This document shows positions 40,328 to 50,359 of a stretch of DNA of 64,000 nucleotides, piece after piece. The position numbers were made by a program, and so were the translations under genes. The notes below the pieces were generated by a model. That model ran no database searches and had not been told where the DNA came from. It saw only the letters and a program-made list of their open reading frames with translations. The number at the start of each line of letters is the position of its first letter. Position 1 is the first letter of the stretch. Location: the NCBI GenBank assembly GCA_040219255.1, contig JAVJSW010000042.1, positions 160,001 to 224,000 on the forward strand. Reading direction: 5' to 3'. The stretch is from Sumerlaeia bacterium. GTDB lineage: Bacteria; Sumerlaeota; Sumerlaeia; SLMS01; JAHLLQ01.

Positions 40328-41896
40328 CTAAATTTCGCTCTGGCCGGAAAGTCGGCGCTTCACGATGGAGACGACTTGTTCGGCGGGGACGCGCTCTTGC
40401 TCCATGGTGTCGCGTTCGCGGACTGTCACTTTTTGATCAGTCAGAGACTCGACGTCCACCGTGATGCAGAAAGGAGTCCCGATCTCATCCTGGCGGCGGT
40501 AGAGCTTCCCGATGGCTCCGGTGTCGTCGTATACGGCGGTCATGTTCCTCTTCAGATCGAGGGTGATTTTCTGTGCCATCTCAACCAGATCCGGCCGATT
40601 GGCGAGGAGGGGCAGAACGGCGGCCTTGATGGGGGCCAAATCGGGATGAAGAGCAAGGACGATGCGTTTGCGTTCTTTGACTTCTTCTTCGCGATAGGCG
40701 TCGCACAGGAAGGCAAGCGTTGCACGATCCGCGCCAGCGGACGGTTCGATGACGTACGGTGTGTAGTGGGTTTCTTTGGCGGGATCGAAGTAGCGCAGGT
40801 CCTTGCCGCTGAATTCCATGTGGCGGGAGAGGTCGTAGTTGCCGCGATGGGCGATGCCTTCGAGTTCCTGCCAACCGATGGGGAAGAGGTACTCGACGTC
40901 GCAGCAGGCGCCGGAATAGTGGGCCAATTCATCGTCGTCGTGGTGCCGCAGCCGAAGATTTCGCGGATCGATGCCATAGCGCGTGTACCAGTTATAGCGC
41001 TCGGCGAACCAGTACTCGTACCACTCCATGTCCTTGCGCTCGCCGTCCTGGCAGAACTCGGCGGGTTTGCAGAAGAACTCCAGCTCCATCTGCTCGAACT
41101 CGCGGGTGCGGAAGATAAAGTTACGCGGAGTGATTTCATTGCGGAAGCTCTTGCCCTGCTGGGCGATGCCAAAGGGCAGCTTGCGGCGGGCGGTGGCCTG
41201 GACGTTGCCGAAGTTGACGAAGATGCCCTGGGCGGTTTCGGGGCGAAGGTAAACGCGGGCGCCGCGTTCTTCAACGGGGCCGACAATGGTGGAGAGCATG
41301 AGGTTGAATTGGCGGGGTTCGGTGAGGCGGCCGCCGTCGTCGGGGCTGAACTTGCCTCGGGTGGTGGAGCCTTCCACTTCCTCGATTTTGACCCGCTTGT
41401 CTTGCAGATTGAGAGCTTTTTCCCACCAGTCCTTGTAGAACTGCTTCGCTTTCTTTTTGGTGTCGGCCCAAATTTCGGCGTTGGGAATGGTGACCGGATT
41501 GTCGGCGTCGGTGACATCGATGATTTGGTAGCGGGTGGCGTCGGTTTCTTCGACGTGGTCGGCGCGGTAGCGCTTCTTGGACGGCCCGAGGGTGTCGGCG
41601 AGGGGATCGCTGAAGTTTTCGACGTGGCCGCTGGCTTCCCAGGCGCGGGGGTTCATAAGGAGGGCGGCGTCGATACCTTCGACGTCGAAGCGCTCCTGCA
41701 CCATGGCGCGCCACCAGGCGTCCTTGACGTTGCGTTTGAGGAGGGCGCCGATGGGACCGTAGTCGAAGGTGCCCTGGAGCCCGCCGTAGATTTCCGAGCC
41801 GGGGAAAATGATACCGCGCCGCTTGCAGAGCGACACGATGGTATCCATCGTGAGGTCGTCGGTGCGGGTTTGCCGCTCTTCGTTCACAGTCGTCAT
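40328..41896 (-). CDS. glyQS: Glycine--tRNA ligase (homodimeric type)
   Basis: CKRRGIIFPGSEIYGG, YLRPETAQGIFVNF, GKSFRNEITP, RTREFEQME, ELEGIA, YRRQDEIGTPFC. Confidence 0.97.
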   Translation of the reverse strand: MTTVNEERQTRTDDLTMDTIVSLCKRRGIIFPGSEIYGGLQGTFDYGPIGALLKRNVKDAWWRAMVQERFDVEGIDAALLMNPRAWEASGHVENFSDPLADTLGPSKKRYRADHVEETDATRYQIIDVTDADNPVTIPNAEIWADTKKKAKQFYKDWWEKALNLQDKRVKIEEVEGSTTRGKFSPDDGGRLTEPRQFNLMLSTIVGPVEERGARVYLRPETAQGIFVNFGNVQATARRKLPFGIAQQGKSFRNEITPRNFIFRTREFEQMELEFFCKPAEFCQDGERKDMEWYEYWFAERYNWYTRYGIDPRNLRLRHHDDDELAHYSGACCDVEYLFPIGWQELEGIAHRGNYDLSRHMEFSGKDLRYFDPAKETHYTPYVIEPSAGADRATLAFLCDAYREEEVKERKRIVLALHPDLAPIKAAVLPLLANRPDLVEMAQKITLDLKRNMTAVYDDTGAIGKLYRRQDEIGTPFCITVDVESLTDQKVTVRERDTMEQERVPAEQVVSIVKRRLSGQSEI

Positions 41897-42169
41897 CGTT
41901 TGCTATCTCGATCCGAGGGGACTATTCCTCCCAAGGGCGCCGTGGCCGTTTTCTGGGGGGAGGTCCTTTTGGGGGGAAGCGGCCTGGCGACGCCACGGGA
42001 AAAATGGGATTGGGATCAGGGTTTTTATAAACGACGGGATTTGTGCCGGAGCCGGGCTGGAGACAAGCCGCCCCCACAGGGAACGGAAAGTCCCCCCGAC
42101 GCCGAATTTGCGTGGAGGGGCCGCAGGGGGAAGTTGAGTTGACCGTCGAGCGCCTCGCGATGCGTCTCG

Positions 42170-43204
42170 CTACTCAATATCGAGGCGCCGGACCTCGACA
42201 TCCAGCAGTTCGATCACCGCATTGGCGTCGTCGGACGAGTCGAAATTGAGGATATCGAACGACAGAAACAGTTGGTTGGCGTCCGCGGGTTGTTCCCAGA
42301 TCAGGTGGTAAGTCGCGGGCCTCCCGTCGGCAGGGGGCGAGATCGATGGGGTGCCAACGCTCTCGATGGGGAGCGTGGCGGCCTGGCGAAACTGGCCTTC
42401 GTTGATTCGTGGACGGAACTGGGGTGCGGCGAAGGGGTCGTCGTTGAGATAGCCGTTGGTACGGAACCTCCAATTGACCTCGAGGAGTTCGCCGGCGGGG
42501 ACGTCGATGGGGGGAGAGGACCAGAAACCGAAGCAGAACACGGAGCCAGCTGGGGTCAGGGTAATGCCATCGCTGGTCGTGCCGGAGACGGGACCGTCGA
42601 AGGGTCCGAGGGGGCCCTGGGTGGCGATCCAGTTATCCGTGTCTCCATTGTCGAAGAGGGCTCGATAGACGAGAGTTGGGTCTGTTGTGCCGCCTTGGCA
42701 AGTCACGTTGATCCCGGCATCGTTGATGTAGGTTCCGGGAGCGTTTTCCGTGAATGCGCGGATAAACGTCGCGAAATTTCCGGGTTCGACCAGTTTGGCG
42801 CCTTGAATGTTGTCTTTGTTGGTGCGGAAGACGAGGCTCATGATCGGGCCTGGCTCGATCGCCTTCGGGGTCAGAGAGTCGATTTCGCGGTTGAAGCTCG
42901 CTTCCAAGAAGCCGTCGCTATCGGCGGAGACATCGAAGACCATCGAGTCGCTTTGGGCGGCGAATTCGGGCGCCACTTCATGGCGGCGAAACTCGAAGTC
43001 AACTGTCGAAAAATCGAAGGAAACGCCGATGTTGTTGGCAAGAAAGTCGTTGGCGCTGACGGCGATCCCAACGCGGAACTCCTGGCCAGCGCCGCAAGGG
43101 ACGGGGTCCTGGAGTGTGAATGTGATCGAATTCGCGGCATGCGATGTGGCAAAGAGGAAGAGGCATGCAATGGCGCACAGAATCAGATGCGGTAGAGTTT
43201 TCAT
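42170..43204 (-). CDS. Secreted cohesin-like plus beta-sandwich domain protein (paralogue A)
   Basis: Signal peptide; GQEFRVGI...IGVSFDF...LVFR cohesin-like pattern; C-domain CFGFWSSP...PQFRPRINE...FDILNFD. Confidence 0.6.
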   Translation of the reverse strand: MKTLPHLILCAIACLFLFATSHAANSITFTLQDPVPCGAGQEFRVGIAVSANDFLANNIGVSFDFSTVDFEFRRHEVAPEFAAQSDSMVFDVSADSDGFLEASFNREIDSLTPKAIEPGPIMSLVFRTNKDNIQGAKLVEPGNFATFIRAFTENAPGTYINDAGINVTCQGGTTDPTLVYRALFDNGDTDNWIATQGPLGPFDGPVSGTTSDGITLTPAGSVFCFGFWSSPPIDVPAGELLEVNWRFRTNGYLNDDPFAAPQFRPRINEGQFRQAATLPIESVGTPSISPPADGRPATYHLIWEQPADANQLFLSFDILNFDSSDDANAVIELLDVEVRRLDIE

Positions 43205-43282
43205 AAGTGGGGAACCTTTTCCGAGGGAGGCGGCAGGGGGCTGGCTGCGGGGTGAGAGCGGAGACGAGAAGACGGGGCGCGT

Positions 43283-44338
43283 CTATTCGGTGCAGTCAAG
43301 GAGGCGGACCTCCACATCCATCAACTCCATCGTGGCATTCGTATCGTCGAATGGCGAAACGCTGAGCATATCGAAGGCAAGGAATATTTGCCCCGAATCG
43401 GGGGGCTGATTCCAGTACATTCGGTAGGTTGCGGGGGTTCCGTCCGCCGGCGGCGAGAGTGAGGGAAAAGCGGTGCTCTCGACCGGTAGCGTTTGGGACT
43501 GGCGAAACTTGACTTCATTGATGCGTGGGCGGACTTGTGGAGCGAGGAGGGCGTCGTCGTTCTCGTAGCCCTGTGTTCGAATCCGCCAGGTGACAACCAT
43601 CCGTGTGCCAGGAGGAACGTTGATTGTGGGCGATCCCCAGAACCCGAAGCAAGTCGAAGAGCCATTGGCGTTGAGCCCGATGCCCTCCGCCGAGGTGCTG
43701 GAAACGGTTCCGTCGAGTTCGCCCACATCGCCAACTGTCGGGAACCATTCGAAGACATTATCGGCGGAGAAATCGGCTTTGTAGACGAGACAGGGATCGA
43801 GTTCTCCCCCGCCTCCGCAGGTGATGACTTCCGTTTCCGTGATGTCGAAGCGCGCGTTTGTCGCGATCGTTCCCCCGCGAAGGGCGGTGATGTTGCCTTC
43901 TCGAACGTCGATCAAGCGGGTGTTCTGGATGTCAGCCCGCCTGGTTCGGAAAACCACGTTGGCGATCGGTCCGGTTTCGATGGGAAGCGGATCGGGGAAG
44001 GTCATGACGTCGCGGGAGAAGGCGATGCCGTACTCACCGAATTCCGAGCCGCCTGATGCGCCAAGGGTTGCATCGCTTTGGTTTAGGAATTCCGGAGCCC
44101 CCTCCGTGCGCACGTACTCGAATTCGCCGGGCAGGTACTTGACTGTCAGTGAGACATTGTTCACTCCCAGGGTGTTCTCGGTCAGGATCACGCCGACCGT
44201 GAACTCTTCACCGACCTCGCAGGGGACGGGTTGGGGCAGAGAGAATTTGAAAACTTCCGCGGCGGGCGCCGGGGAAATCACGAACCATGAAAAGAGGATG
44301 GCGAGGAGTCGCGCCGGGGTTGAACGTTGGACAGGCAT
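43283..44338 (-). CDS. Secreted cohesin-like plus beta-sandwich domain protein (paralogue B)
   Basis: VGEEFTVGVIL...VSLTVKY...FEYV...IANVVFR; C-domain CFGFWGSP...PQVRPRINE, highly similar to paralogue A. Confidence 0.6.
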   Translation of the reverse strand: MPVQRSTPARLLAILFSWFVISPAPAAEVFKFSLPQPVPCEVGEEFTVGVILTENTLGVNNVSLTVKYLPGEFEYVRTEGAPEFLNQSDATLGASGGSEFGEYGIAFSRDVMTFPDPLPIETGPIANVVFRTRRADIQNTRLIDVREGNITALRGGTIATNARFDITETEVITCGGGGELDPCLVYKADFSADNVFEWFPTVGDVGELDGTVSSTSAEGIGLNANGSSTCFGFWGSPTINVPPGTRMVVTWRIRTQGYENDDALLAPQVRPRINEVKFRQSQTLPVESTAFPSLSPPADGTPATYRMYWNQPPDSGQIFLAFDMLSVSPFDDTNATMELMDVEVRLLDCTE

Positions 44339-44496
44339 GTCTGCCTCCCCCCTTGTTACGCAGGATTTCTCTAGTAATGAGAATCCTGACGGTCCATTCG
44401 CGTTATCACACGGTCAAGGAAAAAGAAAAGACTGTTCTGATCTTGTATTGGAATTGATATTGGATCCGGCTCGATACCGGCGCGGCTCGATGTGAC

Positions 44497-45783
44497 TTAT
44501 CGATTGGCGCTGTGTTGCACGATTCGGTCGCGGACGGAGCTGGTTTCTGCGCCGAATGCGAGGCGTTCCTCAGGCGGGAAGTGGGCCCGGTTGCGGATGG
44601 CTTCCTGGAGAGGCTTGAAGTCTTCGTCGTCCCAATTGATGCCCAGATAGGCCATGAGGCGGCCTTCCTGAAAGTAAAGGTCCAAGCACCTCAGGGCCTC
44701 CATATCGCCCGCCGTCACGACTTCATCGTATTTCTTGTGGTTTCCGGCCATGTCGAAATGCAGGCCGAAGAGGTCGCTCCAGATGTAAGTCAGGTGGTTG
44801 TGGGGTTCGAGGTCGCGGTTGAGGACGGCACGGGCCATGTTCCGACCCGCCGCGCAGCCGAGTTCGTCGGCGGTGCCCCAGTGCTCGACGCGGCGGCGGG
44901 TGTCGAAGAGCGGGTCGTACCAGTTGGCGATGTCGCCCGCGATGAAGAGGTCCGGATTGTCCACGGACCGCATGAATTCATCGACCTGAAAGCCGTTGTC
45001 GGCCACGAGTCCGGCTTGCTCGAGGAGTTCCGTGTTGGGTTCGATGCCGATGGCGACGACCACCATGTCGGCGGGGATTTCGCGGCCGCGGTCTGTGATG
45101 ACGCGGCTGACGCGGCCGTTGCCTTCCAGGGAAGTGACCTTCTCGCCGGTGATGACGCGGGTTCCCTGGGATTCCATGTGGGCGGCGACACGGTGGGCGA
45201 GTTCCTTGCGCAGGAATTTCGGATGGACCTGATCCTTGTTAGAGATGACGCTGGTGGAGATGTCGTGCTCGGCGAGGGAGTGGGCGATTTCGCAGCCGAT
45301 GTAGGCGCCGCCGACGATGACGGCTCGGCGGGCGCCCTCGCGATGGGCGAAGTCGCGGATGTGCTCGGAGTCCTTGACGCTGCGCAGGGTGAAGACGCCC
45401 TCGAGCGTGGCGCCGGGGCCTGGGAAGGGCTTGGCGCGGCCGCCGGTGGCGACGAGGGCCTTATCGTAATTGACCCGGGTGCCGTCGCTGAGGATGGCGG
45501 TCTTGCCCGCCAGATTCATGGCGGTGACGGAGGTGCCGAGAACGAACTGGATGTTGTGCGTTTCGTAGAATTCGAGCGGTTTGAAGCGCACGATATCGTG
45601 GTCGCGGCTGTGGCCGCGCATGTACTTCTTGGAGAGTGGCGGCCTGCTGTAGGGCAGTTCGTCTTCTTTGCAGACGAGCAGGACGGCTCCCTCCTGGTCT
45701 TCTTCACGGATGGACTCGGCGGCCCGTTCGCAGGCGATTCCGCCGCCGACCAGCAGGTAGGTGACATCGTGGGTGGTACTCAT
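44497..45783 (-). CDS. FAD-dependent pyridine nucleotide oxidoreductase (ferredoxin/putidaredoxin reductase-like)
   Basis: VGGGIA, PYSRPPLSK, ATGG, VGGAYIGCE, GIEPN, AGDIA, RVEHW, WSD. Confidence 0.9.
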   Translation of the reverse strand: MSTTHDVTYLLVGGGIACERAAESIREEDQEGAVLLVCKEDELPYSRPPLSKKYMRGHSRDHDIVRFKPLEFYETHNIQFVLGTSVTAMNLAGKTAILSDGTRVNYDKALVATGGRAKPFPGPGATLEGVFTLRSVKDSEHIRDFAHREGARRAVIVGGAYIGCEIAHSLAEHDISTSVISNKDQVHPKFLRKELAHRVAAHMESQGTRVITGEKVTSLEGNGRVSRVITDRGREIPADMVVVAIGIEPNTELLEQAGLVADNGFQVDEFMRSVDNPDLFIAGDIANWYDPLFDTRRRVEHWGTADELGCAAGRNMARAVLNRDLEPHNHLTYIWSDLFGLHFDMAGNHKKYDEVVTAGDMEALRCLDLYFQEGRLMAYLGINWDDEDFKPLQEAIRNRAHFPPEERLAFGAETSSVRDRIVQHSANR

Positions 45784-45877
45784 GGTGAATTCCGCTCCTT
45801 CGCGCAGGACTTCTTAGGAGCGGAAGGAAACAAGAGGCGTACCGCCAAAGGTTCGGCACCCGGCGGAGGCGCCGCGG

Positions 45878-46972
45878 TCAGCTTTTCCTGACCGACCGGA
45901 AATACAACCCGCCGATCAGCCCCAAGACCGCGAGAAGTACGGGGGCGAGCCAGCGAAGGGGGGCGGTTTTTTTGGGCTTAGCGCTGGTGGGCTGTGGCAG
46001 GGATTGTGCGGTGGCGGCGGCCTCGGGGGCGGGCGCTGGGCTTTCTGATTCCGCGGCGGGCGCGGCAAAGTCGGGTGTCGCGGCGGCGAGGGTGAGGTCG
46101 GCGTCGCCAAGGGCTTCCTCGATTTCGTGGACGTCGCGGCGCATTTCCCACGGGGGCGTTCCGAAGTCGCCCTGCACCACTTCCCCGGAAGTCCAGTCCT
46201 CGTAGGCCCGGCCCTTTTCGAAGGCGGGTTTGAGGATCGTGTCCGGGGGGAGGGCTTTGAAGTCGAGGACGGTGAGTGAGCCGCTGAACGACGGAGACAA
46301 ATCTTTGAAATCGAGAAACTTGAACGTGACGCGCCGCGGGAAAAAAATTTCTTCCCCATCTCTATGAAGGACGTCCCAATCTTCGAAAGTGAAGTCCTTG
46401 ATGATGTTTCCGTTGGCTTCGCCCTGATAGCGAACGGGTAGTTTCCAGTCCTCATCGAAATAATACATTTGTGCGAGGGAGAATTTCTTTGACTGCAAGC
46501 GGATCATTCGATTAGGCTGCTCCACTTTTTCTAGATACGATTTATCTCGAACGGACTTGACTGTCCTATATCCGAGGAAGTCGGACAACGTCCTAATTCC
46601 CGTGTAATTGAGATTGTCCGGTTCCTTCTTCTCAATAACCACGACGCTATCCAACCCACCTTCCCCGATAAAATCCCAGGTGTTTTCTCCGTCGTAGTAG
46701 GAGACCATTTCGAGCGCTTCATCGCGGTTGTTTTCCTCAAGAGTCCATATACGACGGCGAAACATTCTCTCGCCGCCCTCTTTAATGGACAGGTTGACAT
46801 CGGTGACGATTCCGAGATCGCCTACGAGGGTGAAGTCGATGGCTAAGTATTCCAATTTCCTTTCGTCGAAGCGCTCCAAGTAGTTGGACAGGACGGTTTC
46901 GCCGTCTTGAGCGAAGGCGGAGGGAATACAGAACATTGCCAGGCCAGCAAGCAGGATGAGGCAAGTTTTCAT
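45878..46972 (-). CDS. Exported hypothetical protein (LolA-like beta fold?) with C-terminal TM anchor
   Basis: Signal peptide MKTCLILLAG...AFA; YYDGENTW, YYFDEDWKLP, FFPRRV; Pro/Ala linker; TM followed by a basic tail. Confidence 0.65.
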   Translation of the reverse strand: MKTCLILLAGLAMFCIPSAFAQDGETVLSNYLERFDERKLEYLAIDFTLVGDLGIVTDVNLSIKEGGERMFRRRIWTLEENNRDEALEMVSYYDGENTWDFIGEGGLDSVVVIEKKEPDNLNYTGIRTLSDFLGYRTVKSVRDKSYLEKVEQPNRMIRLQSKKFSLAQMYYFDEDWKLPVRYQGEANGNIIKDFTFEDWDVLHRDGEEIFFPRRVTFKFLDFKDLSPSFSGSLTVLDFKALPPDTILKPAFEKGRAYEDWTSGEVVQGDFGTPPWEMRRDVHEIEEALGDADLTLAAATPDFAAPAAESESPAPAPEAAATAQSLPQPTSAKPKKTAPLRWLAPVLLAVLGLIGGLYFRSVRKS

Positions 46973-47079
46973 GATGAGTACCAAACTGGAAGCCTCCAGG
47001 CCGCTGCCAAGGATGGCGCCTGGAGTCGTTCATAGAAAAAGTGAAAGCGGCCAGTGATTTGCAGAGTATGGATCTGAGT

Positions 47080-47442
47080 TTAGCTCGACGATTTGCACGC
47101 TTTGTAGGACAAGGAAATGTGGCCATTCAGAAGTACCTTGCGCTGACAAGTCTCATCTTCTTCACTGACTTCAAGTTTGCACAACAAAATATGGGTACAC
47201 GACTTCGCCTTGCCGATCGTCTCGCAAGCCCCGGCGCCGCCGTTGCATTCGTGACCCGTCGTGCCCGCGTAGGTTACGTCAAGTTCGCAGTTGGGATATT
47301 CAAGACTCACAGTCTCGCACTTGCCGCATTGGGCACTGCCGGACTTACTACATTTGCAGGAGGCATACGCCTCGAGGACGGGAAGCGAAACGAACGCGGG
47401 GGCGAGGAGAACGATGGGGATGAGGGACGTGTAGGTCTTCAA
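47080..47442 (-). CDS. Small Cys-rich secreted protein
   Basis: Likely TTG start at 47442; signal peptide ending AYA; 11 Cys in about 93 mature residues. Confidence 0.6.
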   Translation of the reverse strand: MKTYTSLIPIVLLAPAFVSLPVLEAYASCKCSKSGSAQCGKCETVSLEYPNCELDVTYAGTTGHECNGGAGACETIGKAKSCTHILLCKLEVSEEDETCQRKVLLNGHISLSYKACKSSS

Positions 47443-47761
47443 GGTGTGGCCTTTCGTGATCGCTTCGGTGGCGATCCGGAGAAGAGGTACAATAGAGGAG
47501 GCGCCAACTTTGGAATCGTGGCCTGATTTGTTTTTCAATGAGTGAATCGCCTACCCCCCCATTGACGCGTCAACGTAAAACGGTTTGGAATAGAGTCATA
47601 ACGCATTCGCTAAATTGCTGTTGTTGTTTGGTGCGAGAGATGCAGTGGGACTTCCCCACTTCCCCCCCCCCGCTAAAAATCCCCCCTTGAGGAACACCCG
47701 CGCCCTCGCGACGCTCTCACCCAGAGACGACACCCGCTCCACGGAATTTTCCCGTCCCCCC

Positions 47762-49591
47762 ATGACCGACCACGATCCCGATGCCACGGTGCCTTTTGGC
47801 TCTGGCGAAACGCACAAGAACCTGGATAGCTACGATTTGCCCTCGCTGGTGGGGCGGACGCTCGATGAGCGCTACGATGTGGATGAATTGATCGGCATGG
47901 GCGCCATGGGGGCGGTGTATCGCGCACGCCAGAATCGGTTGCGGCGCACGGTGGCGCTAAAGGTGCCGAAGCCGGCGCTGCTGCTGAATCCCGATTTCCT
48001 CGGCCGGTTCGAGCGCGAAGCGCTGACGATGGCCAAGTTGGTCCACCAGAACATCGTCCAGATCTTCGACGTTTATATCGGCAAGAGCACCGGCGAGCCA
48101 AGCTTCATCGCCATGGAGTACGTGGAGGGCATGGAACTGACGCGGTTCCTGGAACTGCAAGACCGCAGCCTGACCGTGGCTGCCGTGGTGGATTTGCTGA
48201 AGCAGGTGGCCAAGGGCATCGACGCCGCCCACGAGCGCGGCGTGATTCACCGCGACATCAAGCCCCAGAACATCATGGTCACGATGCCGCAACGCATCCC
48301 GAAGATCATGGATTTCGGCATCGCGAAGGTGGAAATGGAGGGTGCCTTTGAAACGGCGACTCCCTCGGCCATGGGCACGCCGGCCTATATGGCGCCGGAG
48401 CAAATCCAGGGCGGCGAGGTGACACCCCAGGCTGACATCTACGCCTTTGCCGTGATGGTGTACCGGGTTCTTTGCGGCAAGCTGCCCTATGACGTGAACG
48501 GCGGCGTGCAGAACCTACTGTACGCCCACGTCCACGACCGGCCGGTGCCGATTTCGGTGCGTAACCCGTTGTTTTCCAAGGAACTGGACAAGGCGTTCGG
48601 CACCGCCCTGGAGAAGGTGGCGCAGAAACGGCCGCGGGACGCGTCGCACTTCATGGCGGCGGTCGAGCGGGCGCTGGCGCCATTGATGGGGCGGCCCTAC
48701 GCGGTGTTGCTGGAGGGCACAGGGCAGGGGGCGGCATCGCGATCGTCATCCGGGATCCCGGTGGCCCTGGCCGAGGCGACGGGCGCCATCCGGCGCCGGC
48801 CCGGTCCGGCGCTGCTGGTGGCGGGGGTGCTGGCGCTGCTGTTCTGCGTGGTGGGATCGGCGGTGGCCTGGGTGGCTTTTCTGAGGCCGGACACAAAGCC
48901 GGACGAGCCAGGGCCGGTGCTGATGGTGGACAAGGGCCCGGTAATCAAAGCCCCCCGGGCAACGCCCACACCCTCGCCCACCGCGACCCCGGCGGTGACT
49001 CCGACGCCGACCGCGACGCCTGAACCGACCTCGGAATCTTCCGCTCCCGCGGAGACGGCGGAGCCGTCTCCCGAACCAACGCCATCGCCCTCCCCCACGG
49101 CGACTTCCGAGCCCACGCCCACGCCCCGGCCGACCCCATCGCCGACGCCCACGGCCATCGCGAACCGGGCCCAGGTGCGGCGGTTGCAGGACGACATCAC
49201 GGCGGCGCTCGACGCCCAGGTCGAGAAACCGGCGTTCCGGGGGGATTTCTCGCCGGAGAACAACGCCCTCGCCCGCATGGAGGGCGCGGCGCCAGAGGCT
49301 CTCATCGCTCTGGTCCGCCGCACCGACGCGACGCACGACCGCCACAACCTGACGCTGCGCGTTCGCGACGACTCGCTGTTTTGGGAGGACCGGGCGGAGT
49401 TGCAACTCGAGGTGCGGCTGCGGGCCCATCCGCGCGGCCACCGCGACCGCCAGTATTTCGAAACGGTTTTCCTTTCCCCCTCCGCCTGGGTTATGAGTAT
49501 CGTGCGCGACGCCGACGGTTCGTGGCGGCCGGTGACTCTGGAAGCCCGCCCCGACGACCCCATCTACTCGACCGCAGGACCCCGCCCATGA
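47762..49591 (+). CDS. Membrane Ser/Thr protein kinase (PknB-like) with PT linker and extracytoplasmic domain
   Basis: IGMGAMGAVY, VALK, HRDIKPQN, DFGIA, GTPAYMAPEQ, DIYA; TM helix; PT-rich linker. Confidence 0.93.
   Translation: MTDHDPDATVPFGSGETHKNLDSYDLPSLVGRTLDERYDVDELIGMGAMGAVYRARQNRLRRTVALKVPKPALLLNPDFLGRFEREALTMAKLVHQNIVQIFDVYIGKSTGEPSFIAMEYVEGMELTRFLELQDRSLTVAAVVDLLKQVAKGIDAAHERGVIHRDIKPQNIMVTMPQRIPKIMDFGIAKVEMEGAFETATPSAMGTPAYMAPEQIQGGEVTPQADIYAFAVMVYRVLCGKLPYDVNGGVQNLLYAHVHDRPVPISVRNPLFSKELDKAFGTALEKVAQKRPRDASHFMAAVERALAPLMGRPYAVLLEGTGQGAASRSSSGIPVALAEATGAIRRRPGPALLVAGVLALLFCVVGSAVAWVAFLRPDTKPDEPGPVLMVDKGPVIKAPRATPTPSPTATPAVTPTPTATPEPTSESSAPAETAEPSPEPTPSPSPTATSEPTPTPRPTPSPTPTAIANRAQVRRLQDDITAALDAQVEKPAFRGDFSPENNALARMEGAAPEALIALVRRTDATHDRHNLTLRVRDDSLFWEDRAELQLEVRLRAHPRGHRDRQYFETVFLSPSAWVMSIVRDADGSWRPVTLEARPDDPIYSTAGPRP
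48961..49155 (+). repeat. Pro/Thr/Ser-rich low-complexity linker in the kinase
   Basis: [23 protein letters not shown]...PTPSPTPT. Confidence 0.85.
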
Positions 49592-49965
49592 CCCCCTTCT
49601 CCCCCGCCCGCCTCGCGAAACCCCTGACGAAACTGGCTTTCCTGGCCGCCGCCGCGATGGTGCTGGCCGGCTGCATCGGCATCTACGACAACCGCAAAGT
49701 CTTCCAGCCGGGCCCAAACCGCGGCATGGAAGAGCGCGAACTCCTCCGCCAATACGGCACCCCGGCCTATTCGGGATTCGTCGAGGACGAAAAGGTTTAT
49801 ATCTACAAAGTCCGCCAGCAGGGCTACTACGTCCTGGTGGGGATTTACGATGGGTATGACTTGGTCGTGTTCTGCGACGACGGCCGCGTGACGGACGTGC
49901 AGCAGGCGCCGCTGGGAACGAACTTCAGCTTCTTGAACCCGGTGCCGTGGGCGGTGGCGGAGTGA
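49588..49965 (+). CDS. Small lipoprotein (SmpA/OmlA-like)
   Basis: Lipobox LAGC; GMEERELLRQYGTP...YIY...LVVF.DDGRV; start overlaps the kinase stop. Confidence 0.7.
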   Translation: MTPFSPARLAKPLTKLAFLAAAAMVLAGCIGIYDNRKVFQPGPNRGMEERELLRQYGTPAYSGFVEDEKVYIYKVRQQGYYVLVGIYDGYDLVVFCDDGRVTDVQQAPLGTNFSFLNPVPWAVAE

Positions 49966-49972
49966 GGGGGGA

Positions 49973-50320
49973 GTGTTGATTGTGAGCAAGGTCGAAATTC
50001 CAGAAGAATATGTTCATAGAACGTTTCAACTGTGGAATTATGACGTCTCACATGGGCATTTACTGATTCGAAGCCCAAAGCGAAACGATGATGCAGTCAA
50101 TGTCGATGTCGTCGTTTTCGGGGTCCAATTCGTTTCCCTTCCTCGTTTTCTTCGAGGATTGAGGATTCAAAAACTCGAAGAAGTGCCGAGTGCATACCAG
50201 GAATATGCTAGCAATGAGGCGGACAAGGCCTTTCGGCTGGAGTCAAGGAACGATAACTTCCTGATTATAGCCTGCTCGCTCGAGATCCAAATCAACGAAG
50301 ACGACATCTTTACCGCTTGA
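49973..50320 (+). CDS. Hypothetical protein, immunity-protein-like, lower GC
   Basis: RTFQLWNYDVSHGHLLIRSPK...NVDVVVFGVQFVSLP; visibly AT-richer codon usage. Confidence 0.6.
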   Translation: MLIVSKVEIPEEYVHRTFQLWNYDVSHGHLLIRSPKRNDDAVNVDVVVFGVQFVSLPRFLRGLRIQKLEEVPSAYQEYASNEADKAFRLESRNDNFLIIACSLEIQINEDDIFTA

Positions 50321-50359
50321 TTTCGACGGAGGATTCTAAACGGATTGCAGGATGGGTCT

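Noticed and set aside
41897-42169. Possible T-box or glycine riboswitch upstream of glyQS
   Set aside because: No T-box consensus or recognisable aptamer seen; only G/C-rich runs.
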